A stretch of 64,000 bases of DNA, taken from an uncultured Actinomycetes bacterium (lineage in GTDB: Bacteria; Actinomycetota; UBA4738; JBBDTT01). The stretch is taken from NCBI GenBank assembly GCA_963742735.1, contig CAVUMN010000003.1:96001-160000 (forward strand), given 5' to 3'. Under the pieces are notes generated by a model. It made no database searches. It saw only the letters and a program-made list of their open reading frames with translations, and had not been told where the DNA came from. Both the position numbers and the translations under genes were made by a program. Below are positions 1 through 9,341 of the stretch, one piece after another. Every line of letters starts with the position of its first letter. Within the stretch, counting starts at the first letter, position 1.

Positions 1-831
1 GGCCGGAACCGCGTGCAGGCGTTCGTCCGCGACGACGCGGGCCGGCTGGACCTCGGCGCCATGCGGGCGGCGCTGGAGGCGCTCGACGGGGCGCCGGCGA
101 TCCTCATCGCGAACGCCGGCGAGGTGAACGCCGGCGACTTCGATCCGATCTCGGACATGGCCGACCTCGCCGAGCGATACGACGCGTGGCTGCACGTCGA
201 CGGCGCGTTCGGCCTGTTCGCCGCGCTCTCGCCACAGACCGCGCATCTCGTCGAGGGGATTGACCGCGCCCACTCCGTGATCGCCGACGGGCACAAGTGG
301 CTGAACGTCCCGTACGAGTCCGGGTTCGCGTTCGTGCGGGATCCCGGTCTGCTTCCGGCGGCGCTCACCTCCTCCGCCGCCTATCTGACCGCCGGGGACG
401 ACGCGAGGCCGAACCTCGCCTACCTCTCACCGGAGATGAGCCAGCGCGCCCGCGGCCTGCCCGTGTGGGCAACCCTGCGGGCCTACGGCCGCGAGGGGTA
501 CCGCCAGATCGTGGAGCGTCACCTGGAGCTGGCGCGCCGGGTGGCCGCCCGCGTGGACGAGGCCGGCGATCTCGAGCGTCTCGCGGAGGTCCGGCTGAAC
601 ATCGTGACCTTCCGCCTCCACCCGCCTGGCATGGACGATCCGGCTGCCCTCGACGACCTCAACCGCCGGGTCGGCGAGGCCATCCTGGAGGACGGCCGGG
701 TCTACGTCGGGACGACGACGTTCGAGGGCATGGCGGCCTTCCGTCCCGCGATCGTGAACTGGCGGACGCGGGAGGAGGACGTGGACCTGCTCGTGGACGT
801 CATCCGCGAGCTGGGCGCCAAGCTCAGCTGA
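1..831 (+). CDS. Pyridoxal-dependent group II decarboxylase (aromatic-L-amino-acid decarboxylase family), 5'-truncated by the window edge
   Basis: Motifs WLHVDGAFG and ADGHKWLNVPY (PLP lysine); frame is open to position 1. Confidence 0.9.
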   Translation, partial: GRNRVQAFVRDDAGRLDLGAMRAALEALDGAPAILIANAGEVNAGDFDPISDMADLAERYDAWLHVDGAFGLFAALSPQTAHLVEGIDRAHSVIADGHKWLNVPYESGFAFVRDPGLLPAALTSSAAYLTAGDDARPNLAYLSPEMSQRARGLPVWATLRAYGREGYRQIVERHLELARRVAARVDEAGDLERLAEVRLNIVTFRLHPPGMDDPAALDDLNRRVGEAILEDGRVYVGTTTFEGMAAFRPAIVNWRTREEDVDLLVDVIRELGAKLS

Positions 832-1912
832 GCCCGGCCTCCTCGCGGGCCTCCTCGCGGATCTCCTCGGCGGTGTCGAGGTCCTCGCGCGGTGGCTGCG
901 TCGAGGGTCGCTTCGCGCCGGACTCGACCCGCGTCAGGAAGTCGCGGACGGCGGCGTTGACCTCGTCGGGCTTCTCGATGACCGCGCCGTGCGAGGCGTC
1001 CTCCAGGACCAGCAGCTCCGATCCGGCGATGGCCTCGTGCATCGTCTTGGCCAGCGACACCGGCGTGAACGTGTCCAGCGTGCCTGCGACGATCAGCGTG
1101 GGGACCTTGATCGTCGGCAGGACGTCGGCGGCCGAGTGCGATCGCATGGCCTCGGCCATCTTCATCATGATCAGTGGGTCGATGAACGCCATGTGCCGGT
1201 AGTAGCTCTCCATGTCCTCGGGCTTGGCGAGCGGCCCGAGAGCCCGGCCGATCTGCGCCACCTTGTGCGGGAACGTCACGTCGACCAGGAAGAGCGCCCG
1301 CCACAGCAGGATCGTCGGCCGGGGGAACAGCTTCAGGAACTGGTCGACGCCGCGGAACAGGTTCGTGAAGTCGCGGCCGTAGAACGTGCGGATGGGGCTC
1401 TCGAACGGCCCCGTGAGCGAGACCAGCGACGCGATCCGCTCGGGGTAGCGACGGTACGCCTCGAGCATCGTCTGGCCGCCCATGCTGTGGCCGATCAGCG
1501 AGACCTTCGACACCTTCTCCTGGTCCAGGATGGCCTGCATGTCCCGGGCCTGGTTCGCCAGCGCGAAGTCCTCGGACGACAGGTGGCGCGCCCGGTAGCC
1601 CGGCCGGCGGGGGAGTCCGGAAAGCCCCAGTCCGCGAGAGTCGAACACGATCACCCGGTGATCCTTCGCCAGGTCGGGGAGCAGGTACTTCCAGAAGTTG
1701 TCCGGGCACACGAACCCCGGCACGAGCATCACCCAGGGCCCCTTCGACCCGAACACCCCGTAGGCGATCTCCGTGCCGTCGAACGACGTGACGCGCTCGT
1801 CGCGCTCGAAGAGCAGGAAGCCCTCGACGTCGCGAGGATCGGGATGCGTGCCCCGCCAGTCGATCGGGCGGAGGAAGCTCCTGGCTTCAGAGATGAGCGT
1901 CGCGGCGTCCAC
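824..1912 (-). CDS. Alpha/beta hydrolase
   Basis: GHSMGG nucleophile elbow, DSRGLG motif, C-terminal catalytic His (DASH). Confidence 0.9.
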   Translation of the reverse strand: MDAATLISEARSFLRPIDWRGTHPDPRDVEGFLLFERDERVTSFDGTEIAYGVFGSKGPWVMLVPGFVCPDNFWKYLLPDLAKDHRVIVFDSRGLGLSGLPRRPGYRARHLSSEDFALANQARDMQAILDQEKVSKVSLIGHSMGGQTMLEAYRRYPERIASLVSLTGPFESPIRTFYGRDFTNLFRGVDQFLKLFPRPTILLWRALFLVDVTFPHKVAQIGRALGPLAKPEDMESYYRHMAFIDPLIMMKMAEAMRSHSAADVLPTIKVPTLIVAGTLDTFTPVSLAKTMHEAIAGSELLVLEDASHGAVIEKPDEVNAAVRDFLTRVESGAKRPSTQPPREDLDTAEEIREEAREEAGLS

Positions 1913-1921
1913 CGGTCCGTC

Positions 1922-2533
1922 TCAGACGGTGAGGCCGGTGATGCCGCGCCAGGCCAGGCGGACCAGCGTGTCCACCGAGCGCTGTCGCTCGTCGGCCGGG
2001 GCGCCGAGGTCCTTCTGGGCGACCGTCTCGGCCATGCCGATCAGCCCCAGCGCGACGACCCGCGCGTCGGCGTGGCTGAGGCTGCCCCGCGACTCGCGCT
2101 CGATCACCTGGGTGACCTCCTTGTGGATCTCCTCCTGGACGCCGCGGATCCGGTCCTGCAGGTCACGGTCGGCCCCGATGGCCTCCTGCATCAGCAGCCG
2201 GAACCCCTCGGCGTGCTCGTCGACGAAGCCGAAGTAGGCCTCGAACGAGGCGCGGATGCGTTCGCGGTTGCCGGGGGCGTCGTCGAGGGCCTTCTGGACC
2301 TTCTCATGCAGGGCGGCCAGGTCCTGCTCCAGGAGCGAGAGGTACAGCTCCTTCTTCGAGGGGAAGTGGTCGTAGAGGATCGGCTTGGTCACGCCGGCCT
2401 CGCGGGCCACGGTGTCCATCGACACCTGGTGGAACCCGCCCTTGCCGAACACCCGGCGGGCCACGTTCAGCAGCTGCTCGCGCCGCTCGGGGCCGGGCAT
2501 CCGGCGCTTGGTCGACCTTTGACTCCTCGGCAT
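1922..2533 (-). CDS. TetR/AcrR family transcriptional regulator
   Basis: N-terminal HTH VAREAGVTKPILYDHFPSK. Confidence 0.95.
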   Translation of the reverse strand: MPRSQRSTKRRMPGPERREQLLNVARRVFGKGGFHQVSMDTVAREAGVTKPILYDHFPSKKELYLSLLEQDLAALHEKVQKALDDAPGNRERIRASFEAYFGFVDEHAEGFRLLMQEAIGADRDLQDRIRGVQEEIHKEVTQVIERESRGSLSHADARVVALGLIGMAETVAQKDLGAPADERQRSVDTLVRLAWRGITGLTV

Positions 2534-2545
2534 GGTTGCGTAATA

Positions 2546-2575
2546 CTACCTTGGGGTAACCTACCAGCGAGTAAC
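2546..2575. promoter_or_regulatory. Putative tandem TetR operator (2 x CTACC-N5-GTAAC)
   Basis: ctaccttggggtaac followed directly by ctaccagcgagtaac, each an imperfect palindrome, between divergent tetR and acyl-CoA dehydrogenase. Confidence 0.6.
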
Positions 2576-2611
2576 CTTCGTACCGACGCCCTCGACGCAC
2601 CCGGAGGACCG

Positions 2612-3805
2612 ATGGATTTCCAGCTGAGCGAGGACCAGATCACCACCCAGAAGTGGCTGCACGAGTTCGCGCAGAACGAGATCCGCCCGGTAGCCGCGGA
2701 GTACGACGAGTCCGAGGAGTTCCCGTGGCCGGTCCTGAAGAAGGCCGCCGAGACCGGGATCTACTCGCTGGAGTTCTACACCGAGGTCTCGAGCAACGAC
2801 CCCACCGGACTGACCCTTCCCATCGCGCTCGAGGAGCTCTGCTGGGGCTGCGCGGGCATCGCCCTGTCGATCTTCGGCACCGGGCTGCCGCTCGCCTCGC
2901 TCGCCTACACCGCCACCCCCGAGCAGCTGTTCCAGTGGGCCCCGCTGATGTTCGGGACGCCCGAGGACCCGAAGCTCGGGGCGTTCGCGGTCACCGAGCC
3001 GAACGCCGGCTCCGACGTCTCCGCGCTGCGCACCACCGCCAAGCGCGACGGTGACGAGTGGGTCCTGAACGGGACCAAGGTGTTCATCACCAACGGCGGC
3101 ATTGCCAACGTCCACGTCGTGGTGGCCACCGTCGACGCCAACCTGGGCCATCGCGGGCAGGCGAGCTTCCTGATCGGTCCCGACACGCCCGGCCTTCGCC
3201 AGGGCAAGAAGGAGAAGAAGCTCGGCATCCGCGCCAGCCACACGGCCGAGGTGATCCTGGAGGACTGCCGCGTCCCGCTCGAGAACGTCGTCGGCGGCAT
3301 GGAGCGTCTCGAGACGAAGATGGAGCGCGCCCGGAGCCAGCAGGCCACGAGCTCCTCGACGGCGCTCAAGACGTTCGAGATGACCCGGCCCTCCGTCGCG
3401 GCGCAGGCTCTGGGGATCGCCCGGGCGGCGCTCGAGTACTCGATCGAGTACGCGAAGGAGCGCACCACGTTCGGCCGGCCGATCGTCGAGCACCAGGGCA
3501 TCGCCTTCAAGCTCGCCGATATGGCCATGGAGATCGACGCCGCGCGGCTGCTGACCTACCGCGCCGCGTGGATGGCCCGCACCGGCGCCGAGTTCACCCG
3601 AGCCGAGGGGTCGATGAGCAAGCTGAAGGCCGGCGAGGTCGCCGTTCGGGTCACCGAGGAGGCCATCCAGATCCTGGGCGGGTACGGCTTCATCAAGGAC
3701 TTCCCGGTCGAGAAGTGGTACCGCGACGCGAAGATCTACACGATCTTCGAGGGGACCTCCGAGATCCAGCGGCTGGTCATCGGGCGGGCGCTGTCCCGCG
3801 CCTGA
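2612..3805 (+). CDS. Acyl-CoA dehydrogenase
   Basis: GGAGG RBS before ATG 2612; motifs FAVTEPNAGSD, LNGTKVFITNG, QILGGYG, IFEGTSEIQR. Confidence 0.95.
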   Translation: MDFQLSEDQITTQKWLHEFAQNEIRPVAAEYDESEEFPWPVLKKAAETGIYSLEFYTEVSSNDPTGLTLPIALEELCWGCAGIALSIFGTGLPLASLAYTATPEQLFQWAPLMFGTPEDPKLGAFAVTEPNAGSDVSALRTTAKRDGDEWVLNGTKVFITNGGIANVHVVVATVDANLGHRGQASFLIGPDTPGLRQGKKEKKLGIRASHTAEVILEDCRVPLENVVGGMERLETKMERARSQQATSSSTALKTFEMTRPSVAAQALGIARAALEYSIEYAKERTTFGRPIVEHQGIAFKLADMAMEIDAARLLTYRAAWMARTGAEFTRAEGSMSKLKAGEVAVRVTEEAIQILGGYGFIKDFPVEKWYRDAKIYTIFEGTSEIQRLVIGRALSRA

Positions 3806-3814
3806 ACCCGCGCT

Positions 3815-4216
3815 TCAAGCCGTCGCGAACGGCCGGTCCAGCTCGAACCACACGTTGACTCCCGCGCGCGTGTCGACCCCCCAGCGATTCGCCAGGCGGT
3901 CGATCAGGAACAGCCCGTAGCCGCCGGTCCCTTGGGGTCCGGCAAGCTCGTCCGGATCGAACCCCGGCCCCGCGTCCTCGACCTCCACCCGCACCGCTTG
4001 GGGCGACGCGGACAGGCGCACCTTCACCGCGTCCCGCGGTCCCAGGTCCGCATGGCGGACGCTGTTCGTCACGAGCTCGCTGACCAGGAGCCGGACGTCT
4101 TCGCGCACCTCGGGACGCGCGCTGGTGAGCGTGCCATCCACGGCCGTCCGGGCGTCACGCGCCGCCCGGGGACCGGGCTGGAGCGTCAGGCTCAGCTCAC
4201 GACGAAGCAATTCCAT
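3815..4216 (-). CDS. RsbW-like anti-sigma factor / HATPase_c ATP-binding protein
   Basis: LLVSELVTNSVRH, VEDAGPGF, GGYGLFLIDRLA, VWFEL. Confidence 0.9.
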   Translation of the reverse strand: MELLRRELSLTLQPGPRAARDARTAVDGTLTSARPEVREDVRLLVSELVTNSVRHADLGPRDAVKVRLSASPQAVRVEVEDAGPGFDPDELAGPQGTGGYGLFLIDRLANRWGVDTRAGVNVWFELDRPFATA

Positions 4217-4226
4217 ACTTGACTCG

Positions 4227-4250
4227 TACCCCCGAATTGTCCGACTTAAC
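4227..4250 (-). promoter_or_regulatory. SigB/SigF-type promoter GTTA-N15-GGGTA upstream of the rsbW-like gene
   Basis: Minus strand reads gtta agtcggacaattcgg gggta, about 10 nt before the ATG. Confidence 0.55.
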
Positions 4251-5892
4251 GCGAGCGAGCAACGGCCGTCTCGGTCCCCGGTCCGTCGGAGCTCGTCTCG
4301 GACCTCCGGACGCGGGCGGGGATCGGCCGCAGGGCCAGGACCGCGACGTCGTCGTTCGGGTCGCCCTCGGTGCGCCGGGCGACGTGGTCCTCGATGAGCG
4401 CCACGACTTCGGCCGCGGTGGCGCCGGCCAGCGGCCCCAGGGCTCGCGGGAGGCGGCCGCTGTCGGCGAAGGCGTCACCTTCGTCCTTGGAGGTCAGCCC
4501 GTCCGTGTACAGGATCAAGGTCTCGCCGCGCAGGATCCGCGCCGTGGCGTCCGTGAACTTCGCGTCCGCGAACGCGCCCACCAGGACGGCCGTTTGGCCC
4601 ACCGGCTCGATCGTGCCGTCGCGGCGCAGGATCACCGGCCGAGGGTGGCCGCCCACGCTGGACGTGATGCGGGCGCCGTCGCGCGTGGGCTCGACGCGGA
4701 CGACCGCCACGGTGCTGAACTCCTCGCCCTCGACCGAGCGCAGGAGGGTCTCGTTGATGCCGGCCAGGATCGCGGCCGGGCTCGACTCGCGAGCGGCCAG
4801 GGCCCTGGCCGTGTAGCGAACCAGGCCGGTGAGCGCCGCCGCCTCCGCGCCCTTGCCGCACGCGTCGCCCATCACCAGCATCCACGCGTCGCCCGTGACC
4901 GCGAACACGTCGTAGAAGTCCCCGCCGACCTCCTGCCGTCCTGCCGTGGCGGGACGGTAGAAGGCCCGGAGCTCGAACCCCTTCACCTCGGGCAGCGAGG
5001 GCGGCAGCAGGGCCCGCTGGAGCGTGGCCGCGATGTGGTCGCGCTCGGTGTAGAGGCGCGCGTTCTCGATGGCCAGGCCCGCGCGCGAGCCCAGCTCCTC
5101 GGCCAGGGCGAGGTCGCCGCGACCGAACCGCCGCTTGGACTCGGCCATGACCAGCGTCAGGGCGCCGAGGACCCGGCCCTGCGCTTCGATCGGGACCACG
5201 ATGACGGAGCGCAGACCCAGCTCCTTGAGGAGGCGCTTGCGCTCGGGGTCGGTGCCGAACTGCTTGATCAGTTTTCGGGGGATCCGCCGCATCATCTGTG
5301 ACGTGCCGGTGCGGATCACCGCCGGCGCGCCGGTGGGCGCGTCGGGTTCGGGCGGGTACTTCTCCTGGAGCTCCTTGGCCCACTCGACCTTGGCCGGGTC
5401 GACATGCGCCACCGCGACGGTGCGCAGGCCGGAGGCTTCGCCGACCGTCACCGAGCCCCAGTCGGCAAGCCGGGGCACGGCCACCCGGGCCACCTCCTGC
5501 AGGCGAGACTCGTAGTCGAGGTTCCGGCTCAGGACGTCGCCCGCCTCGGTCAGGAACGCGAAGCGGTCCCGCTCGGACTCCGCGAACGCGCTGGCCCGAT
5601 CGCGCCTGGCCACCACGAACGCGATCCCGAGCGTGACGAGCGCGAACGACGCGAGGCCGACGAGGTTCTCCGAGGTTTCGACCGAGACCGAACCGATCGG
5701 GGGAACGAACTCCAGGTCGAGGAGCAGCACCGCCCCGACCACCGCGATGAGCCCCGCGGCCAGCCTGCCGATCAGGGTGGCGCCGAGGACCACCACGAAG
5801 AAGGGGACGGTGGGGAACTTGTCGAGGGCCTCCAGCATCGCCACCTCGACGGCGAGGAGCGAGCCCCCGATGGCGAACGCGAAGCCGCCCAC
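4246..5892 (-). CDS. Membrane GAF + SpoIIE/PP2C phosphatase (RsbU-like); true start may lie further upstream
   Basis: N-terminal TM helices (DUF4118-like), GAF domain, LQRALLP, VGGDFYD, GDACGKG, LYTDGL, DDVAVL. Confidence 0.9.
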   Translation of the reverse strand: MGGFAFAIGGSLLAVEVAMLEALDKFPTVPFFVVVLGATLIGRLAAGLIAVVGAVLLLDLEFVPPIGSVSVETSENLVGLASFALVTLGIAFVVARRDRASAFAESERDRFAFLTEAGDVLSRNLDYESRLQEVARVAVPRLADWGSVTVGEASGLRTVAVAHVDPAKVEWAKELQEKYPPEPDAPTGAPAVIRTGTSQMMRRIPRKLIKQFGTDPERKRLLKELGLRSVIVVPIEAQGRVLGALTLVMAESKRRFGRGDLALAEELGSRAGLAIENARLYTERDHIAATLQRALLPPSLPEVKGFELRAFYRPATAGRQEVGGDFYDVFAVTGDAWMLVMGDACGKGAEAAALTGLVRYTARALAARESSPAAILAGINETLLRSVEGEEFSTVAVVRVEPTRDGARITSSVGGHPRPVILRRDGTIEPVGQTAVLVGAFADAKFTDATARILRGETLILYTDGLTSKDEGDAFADSGRLPRALGPLAGATAAEVVALIEDHVARRTEGDPNDDVAVLALRPIPARVRRSETSSDGPGTETAVARSR

Positions 5893-6039
5893 GGCCCGGA
5901 TGACCGAGGGAGGGAAGAAGAGCCGCTGGGTGGGGGTGGCCGGACGGGCCGGAATCAGGCGCTCCCTTCGGTGGAAGTGTTCACTGTATCCGAAACGGCC
6001 GAAAGGGCAAGAGGGCCGAAACGGTCACGACGGGCGGAG

Positions 6040-7083
6040 CTATCCGGTGGGACCGACGCTCCGCCGCCGCTCGGCCGCCCACGCCACGAGCTCGTCGGCC
6101 GGCATGAGGTTGAGGACCCGGTCGGGGTCGATCCCCGCGAGCGCCGCGGTTCCGAGGCCGAGGTCCATCGTGTCCAGCTCCGACAGGTAGTGGGCGTCGG
6201 TGCCGATCGAGATTCGGGTTCCGGCGTCGCGGGCATGCCGGGCGAGCTCGACGTTGAGGTCCTGGCGGGCCAGCGAGCAGTCGATCTCCACGGCCACGTC
6301 CAACCGGGTCGCTTCGGCGAACACCCGGCTCCAGTCCGCGTTCAGCCCGAGCCGCGAGCCGAACCGGCGGGTCGTGGGATGCGCCAAGACGTGGATGGTC
6401 GGGTTGCGCAGGGCGGCAAGATACCGATCGGTCTGGTCCTCGGTGCCCCGGAGCTTGGAGTGGAACGCGCCCAGGACGAGGTCCAGGCGGGCCAGCGCGG
6501 CGGGGTCCATGTCGCCCTCGCCCTCGGGCGAGAGGTTCATCTCGATCGAGTGCAGGATCCTGAAGTCGTCCATCCGCTCGTTCAGCGAGGCGATGTCGAG
6601 GGCCTGGGCGGCCAGGCGCTCCTCCGACATTCCGTTGGCGATGGGGAGCCCGACCGAGTGGTCCGTGATCCCCACGTACTCGTACCCGCGCTCGCGCACC
6701 GCCTGCACGACCTCGTCCAGCGGGTAGCGCCCGTCGCTGTAGGTGGTGTGGACCTGCAGGTCGCCGCGCACCCGCCCGCGCCATCGGGGGTCGGCCTCGA
6801 GCGCCGGCAGCGCCTCGGCCATGCTCAGGAAGCCCCGCCGGACCTCCGGCGGCTCGGGGATCTCGGGCGGGGACTCCAGCCACTCCAGGATGCGGCGCTC
6901 GATCCACGGGCCCACGGCGGTGAGCTCGCGCAGCGGGCGCCCCGCCCCCGCCACCGCGGCGGCCTCCTCGGGCCACAGCATGGCCGCGCGACCCGCGCGC
7001 CGAAGGGCGCGCCGTCGGTGGTCGGACTCCTCCTCCGAGGCGCGCGAGAGGAGCTCCGAGAGCTGCGCGTTCGTGAGGTTCAC
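6040..7083 (-). CDS. PHP-domain protein with a PolX-like N-terminal helical fragment
   Basis: DLQVHTTYSDG, ITDHS, LAHPT, GTDAH; N-terminus LTNAQLSELL..RRRALRRAG resembles the PolX 8-kDa domain; no palm domain. Confidence 0.85.
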   Translation of the reverse strand: MNLTNAQLSELLSRASEEESDHRRRALRRAGRAAMLWPEEAAAVAGAGRPLRELTAVGPWIERRILEWLESPPEIPEPPEVRRGFLSMAEALPALEADPRWRGRVRGDLQVHTTYSDGRYPLDEVVQAVRERGYEYVGITDHSVGLPIANGMSEERLAAQALDIASLNERMDDFRILHSIEMNLSPEGEGDMDPAALARLDLVLGAFHSKLRGTEDQTDRYLAALRNPTIHVLAHPTTRRFGSRLGLNADWSRVFAEATRLDVAVEIDCSLARQDLNVELARHARDAGTRISIGTDAHYLSELDTMDLGLGTAALAGIDPDRVLNLMPADELVAWAAERRRSVGPTG

Positions 7084-7114
7084 GGTCTTGGGAACGGCCG
7101 TTCACACACGTGTA

Positions 7115-7138
7115 AACCCTTGGGGCGCAAAGGGAAAC
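7115..7138 (-). promoter_or_regulatory. SigB/SigF-type promoter GTTT-N15-GGGTT
   Basis: Minus strand gttt ccctttgcgccccaa gggtt upstream of the PHP gene. Confidence 0.5.
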
Positions 7139-7220
7139 GGAGAAGCGTCATCGGCCGCCGAGGGGGTACATTACGTGGAACGGGGCGTTGCCCGCGCCGC
7201 CCCGCGTGGGGGTGTTTGAC

Positions 7221-7571
7221 ATGGAAGGCTTCGCCGAGCGACTACGCGCCGCGCGTCGCAAAGCCGGGATGAGCCAGGGCGATCTTCAGCGCGCGTCGGG
7301 GGTTCCGAAGTCCCGGCTGTCTCGCTACGAGAACGGCCATCTGCTCCCATCGCTGACGACGCTGGAGCGCATCGCCGCGGCCATCGGGATCCCGCAGGGC
7401 GAGCTCCTGGATCCACGGGAGGCGAACTCGGGCGCGTTCCTGGACGAGCTGCGGGACCGCGGGGTGGAGTTCGACTCCACCAGGGACGCGCGCGACTCGG
7501 CCGACCGCTTCGCCGACATGCTCCAGGACGAGCGCGACGAGCGGGAGGCCGGCGCTCAGGAGCAGGCCTAG
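7221..7571 (+). CDS. XRE-family HTH transcriptional regulator
   Basis: RLRAARRKAGMSQGDL..SRLSRYENG..PSLTTLERIA. Confidence 0.9.
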   Translation: MEGFAERLRAARRKAGMSQGDLQRASGVPKSRLSRYENGHLLPSLTTLERIAAAIGIPQGELLDPREANSGAFLDELRDRGVEFDSTRDARDSADRFADMLQDERDEREAGAQEQA

Positions 7572-7626
7572 CCTCGGTCGCGGGCGCGCGGAATAGGCGT
7601 ACGCTGGACCTGATCGGAGGCGCCTC

Positions 7627-7980
7627 GTGCGCTACTACGTGTTGCTCGATGGGGTAGCCGACGGTGCCCCCAGACCGTTCATCGTCGCGGAGACGGTAGG
7701 CGAACGTGGCGACGACGGCTCCGAGCGGGCCGAAAGCCTGGCCGCCGTCCTTGCGGGACCTCACGCCCGGATCGTCACCGAGGTCGAGCTGCCGCGGATC
7801 GCCGGCGGAGAGATGGCGCTGGCGGAGTGGCGCGACGTCGACGACAGCCGCTACGGAGACACCACCGCCGAGCTCGAGAACGGCCGCGAGGGCGAGGGCC
7901 CGTCCGGCAGCACCAAGGGGCTGGCGTCCGTTACGCAGCTCAAGCCGCGTCGGCGTCGGCATCCTGCCGGATCGGTCTGA
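7627..7980 (+). CDS. Hypothetical protein
   Basis: GGAGG RBS before GTG; GC3-rich codon usage. Confidence 0.55.
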   Translation: MRYYVLLDGVADGAPRPFIVAETVGERGDDGSERAESLAAVLAGPHARIVTEVELPRIAGGEMALAEWRDVDDSRYGDTTAELENGREGEGPSGSTKGLASVTQLKPRRRRHPAGSV

Positions 7981-8079
7981 CCACCCCGCCGGATTCCCTA
8001 TTGCCTCGGGGTGAAACCCCTTCCCAGCGGGTACGCACTCCCTCATGGCCAAGATGGTGACGTCTTCCCCGAGCGGCGA

Positions 8080-8529
8080 GTGAACCACGAGGACAAGAAG
8101 GAGCGGATCGATCGCGAGCTGATCGAGCTCCTCAACGAGCTCCGGGTCGCACTGCCGGGCGTGCAGGTGCTGTTCGCGTTCCTGCTGATCCTTCCGTTTC
8201 AGCAGGCGTTCCAGGAGATCTCGGGCCTGGACCGAGGGCTCTACTTCGCCTCGCTGCTCAGCACCAGCGCGGCGACCGCGCTCCTGATGGTGCCCACCTC
8301 CTGGCACCGCCTCCGGTTCCGCGGGGGTCCGGGCGAGAAGGAGCGCATGGTGATCGTCGCCAACCGCCTGGCCATCGCCGGCACGGCGCTGCTGGCAGTG
8401 TCGATGACGCTCGTCGTCTATCTGATCACCGACCTGGTGTTCGAGAACCTCTGGGCGCCGCTGGTGGCGGCGGCCAACGCGCTCTGGTTTGCGTTCTTCT
8501 GGTACGTGCTTCCGCTGCGCCGCGGCTAG
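8080..8529 (+). CDS. DUF6328-like membrane protein
   Basis: ELLNELRVALPGVQVLFAFLLILPFQ signature; about 4 TM segments. Confidence 0.85.
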   Translation: MNHEDKKERIDRELIELLNELRVALPGVQVLFAFLLILPFQQAFQEISGLDRGLYFASLLSTSAATALLMVPTSWHRLRFRGGPGEKERMVIVANRLAIAGTALLAVSMTLVVYLITDLVFENLWAPLVAAANALWFAFFWYVLPLRRG

Positions 8530-9302
8530 GCGGCGCGCCGAGGAGTCGTCTTCCTGGCGGCCGCCCGCTTGGCCGGTGTCCGCTTGGCCGGCGCCTTCTT
8601 CTGGGCCTTCTTGGCCGGAGCCTTCTTCCTGGCCGGAGCCTTCTTCGCCGTCGTCCGCTTGGCGGCGGGCTTCTTCGTTGCGGACCGCTTCGTAGCCGGC
8701 TTCTTCCTGGCGGACGCCTTGGCGGCGGTTCGCTTCGTCGCGGTGTCGGTGGCCGTGCGGCGGACGTCTCGGGCCGCGTCGCGGGCCCGGTCGACCACCG
8801 CCGCGGCGGCCCCGACCACGACGTTCGCCGGCGGGGTGTCGGGGAGGCTCGGGTGGGGGTGGGTGGGGGCCACCAGCCGGGCCACGCCGAGGGCCTCGCC
8901 CATCACCTTCAGTCGCTTCCTCGGCAGGGCCTGGCGCAGGCGGGGGAACGTCGTGCCCTCCTCCTGGACGAAGTGTCGCGTGGCGCCGGCGATCACCGCC
9001 CGAACGCGCGGTTCGAAGCGCTCGTCGGAGGGGTCCATCCCGTCGAGCTCGGCGAGCTCCTGCTTGATCGCGCGGTGCTCGGAACGGGCCTGCTCGGCCA
9101 GCTGCTCGCCATCGGGAAGGGTCTCCCCGACGACCGGGTACAGGACCTCCTCCTCGACGGAGGTGTGGACCGAGAGCGCGCGGATGATCTCCTCCGCGGC
9201 AAGGCGTTTCTGGGTGTGATCTGCCGCCTGCCGATAGCGCGCGAACAGCTTCTCGGCAGTCCGGTGGTCGTTCCGCAGCAGCGTGAGTGCGTCCTTGGCC
9301 AT
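8526..9302 (-). CDS. Hemerythrin-like (HHE) domain protein with a Lys/Ala/Pro-rich histone-like tail
   Basis: DALTLLRNDH, HTSVEEEVLYP, EH, HFVQEE, APTHPHP; C-terminal KKAPA repeats; GGGGAAG before ATG 9302. Confidence 0.9.
   Translation of the reverse strand: MAKDALTLLRNDHRTAEKLFARYRQAADHTQKRLAAEEIIRALSVHTSVEEEVLYPVVGETLPDGEQLAEQARSEHRAIKQELAELDGMDPSDERFEPRVRAVIAGATRHFVQEEGTTFPRLRQALPRKRLKVMGEALGVARLVAPTHPHPSLPDTPPANVVVGAAAAVVDRARDAARDVRRTATDTATKRTAAKASARKKPATKRSATKKPAAKRTTAKKAPARKKAPAKKAQKKAPAKRTPAKRAAARKTTPRRAA
8540..8740 (-). repeat. Low-complexity (K/R)KAPA pentapeptide coding repeats
   Basis: Repeated gccggagccttctt-like 15-nt units on the + strand. Confidence 0.8.
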
Positions 9303-9341
9303 GGCTTCCCCCGTCCCAGATCGGAGACCTTCATGGCCTGG

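Noticed and set aside
989-2611. 938-aa ORF as an N-terminally extended acyl-CoA dehydrogenase
   Set aside because: The extension is antisense to tetR and the hydrolase; a clear RBS and ATG exist at 2612
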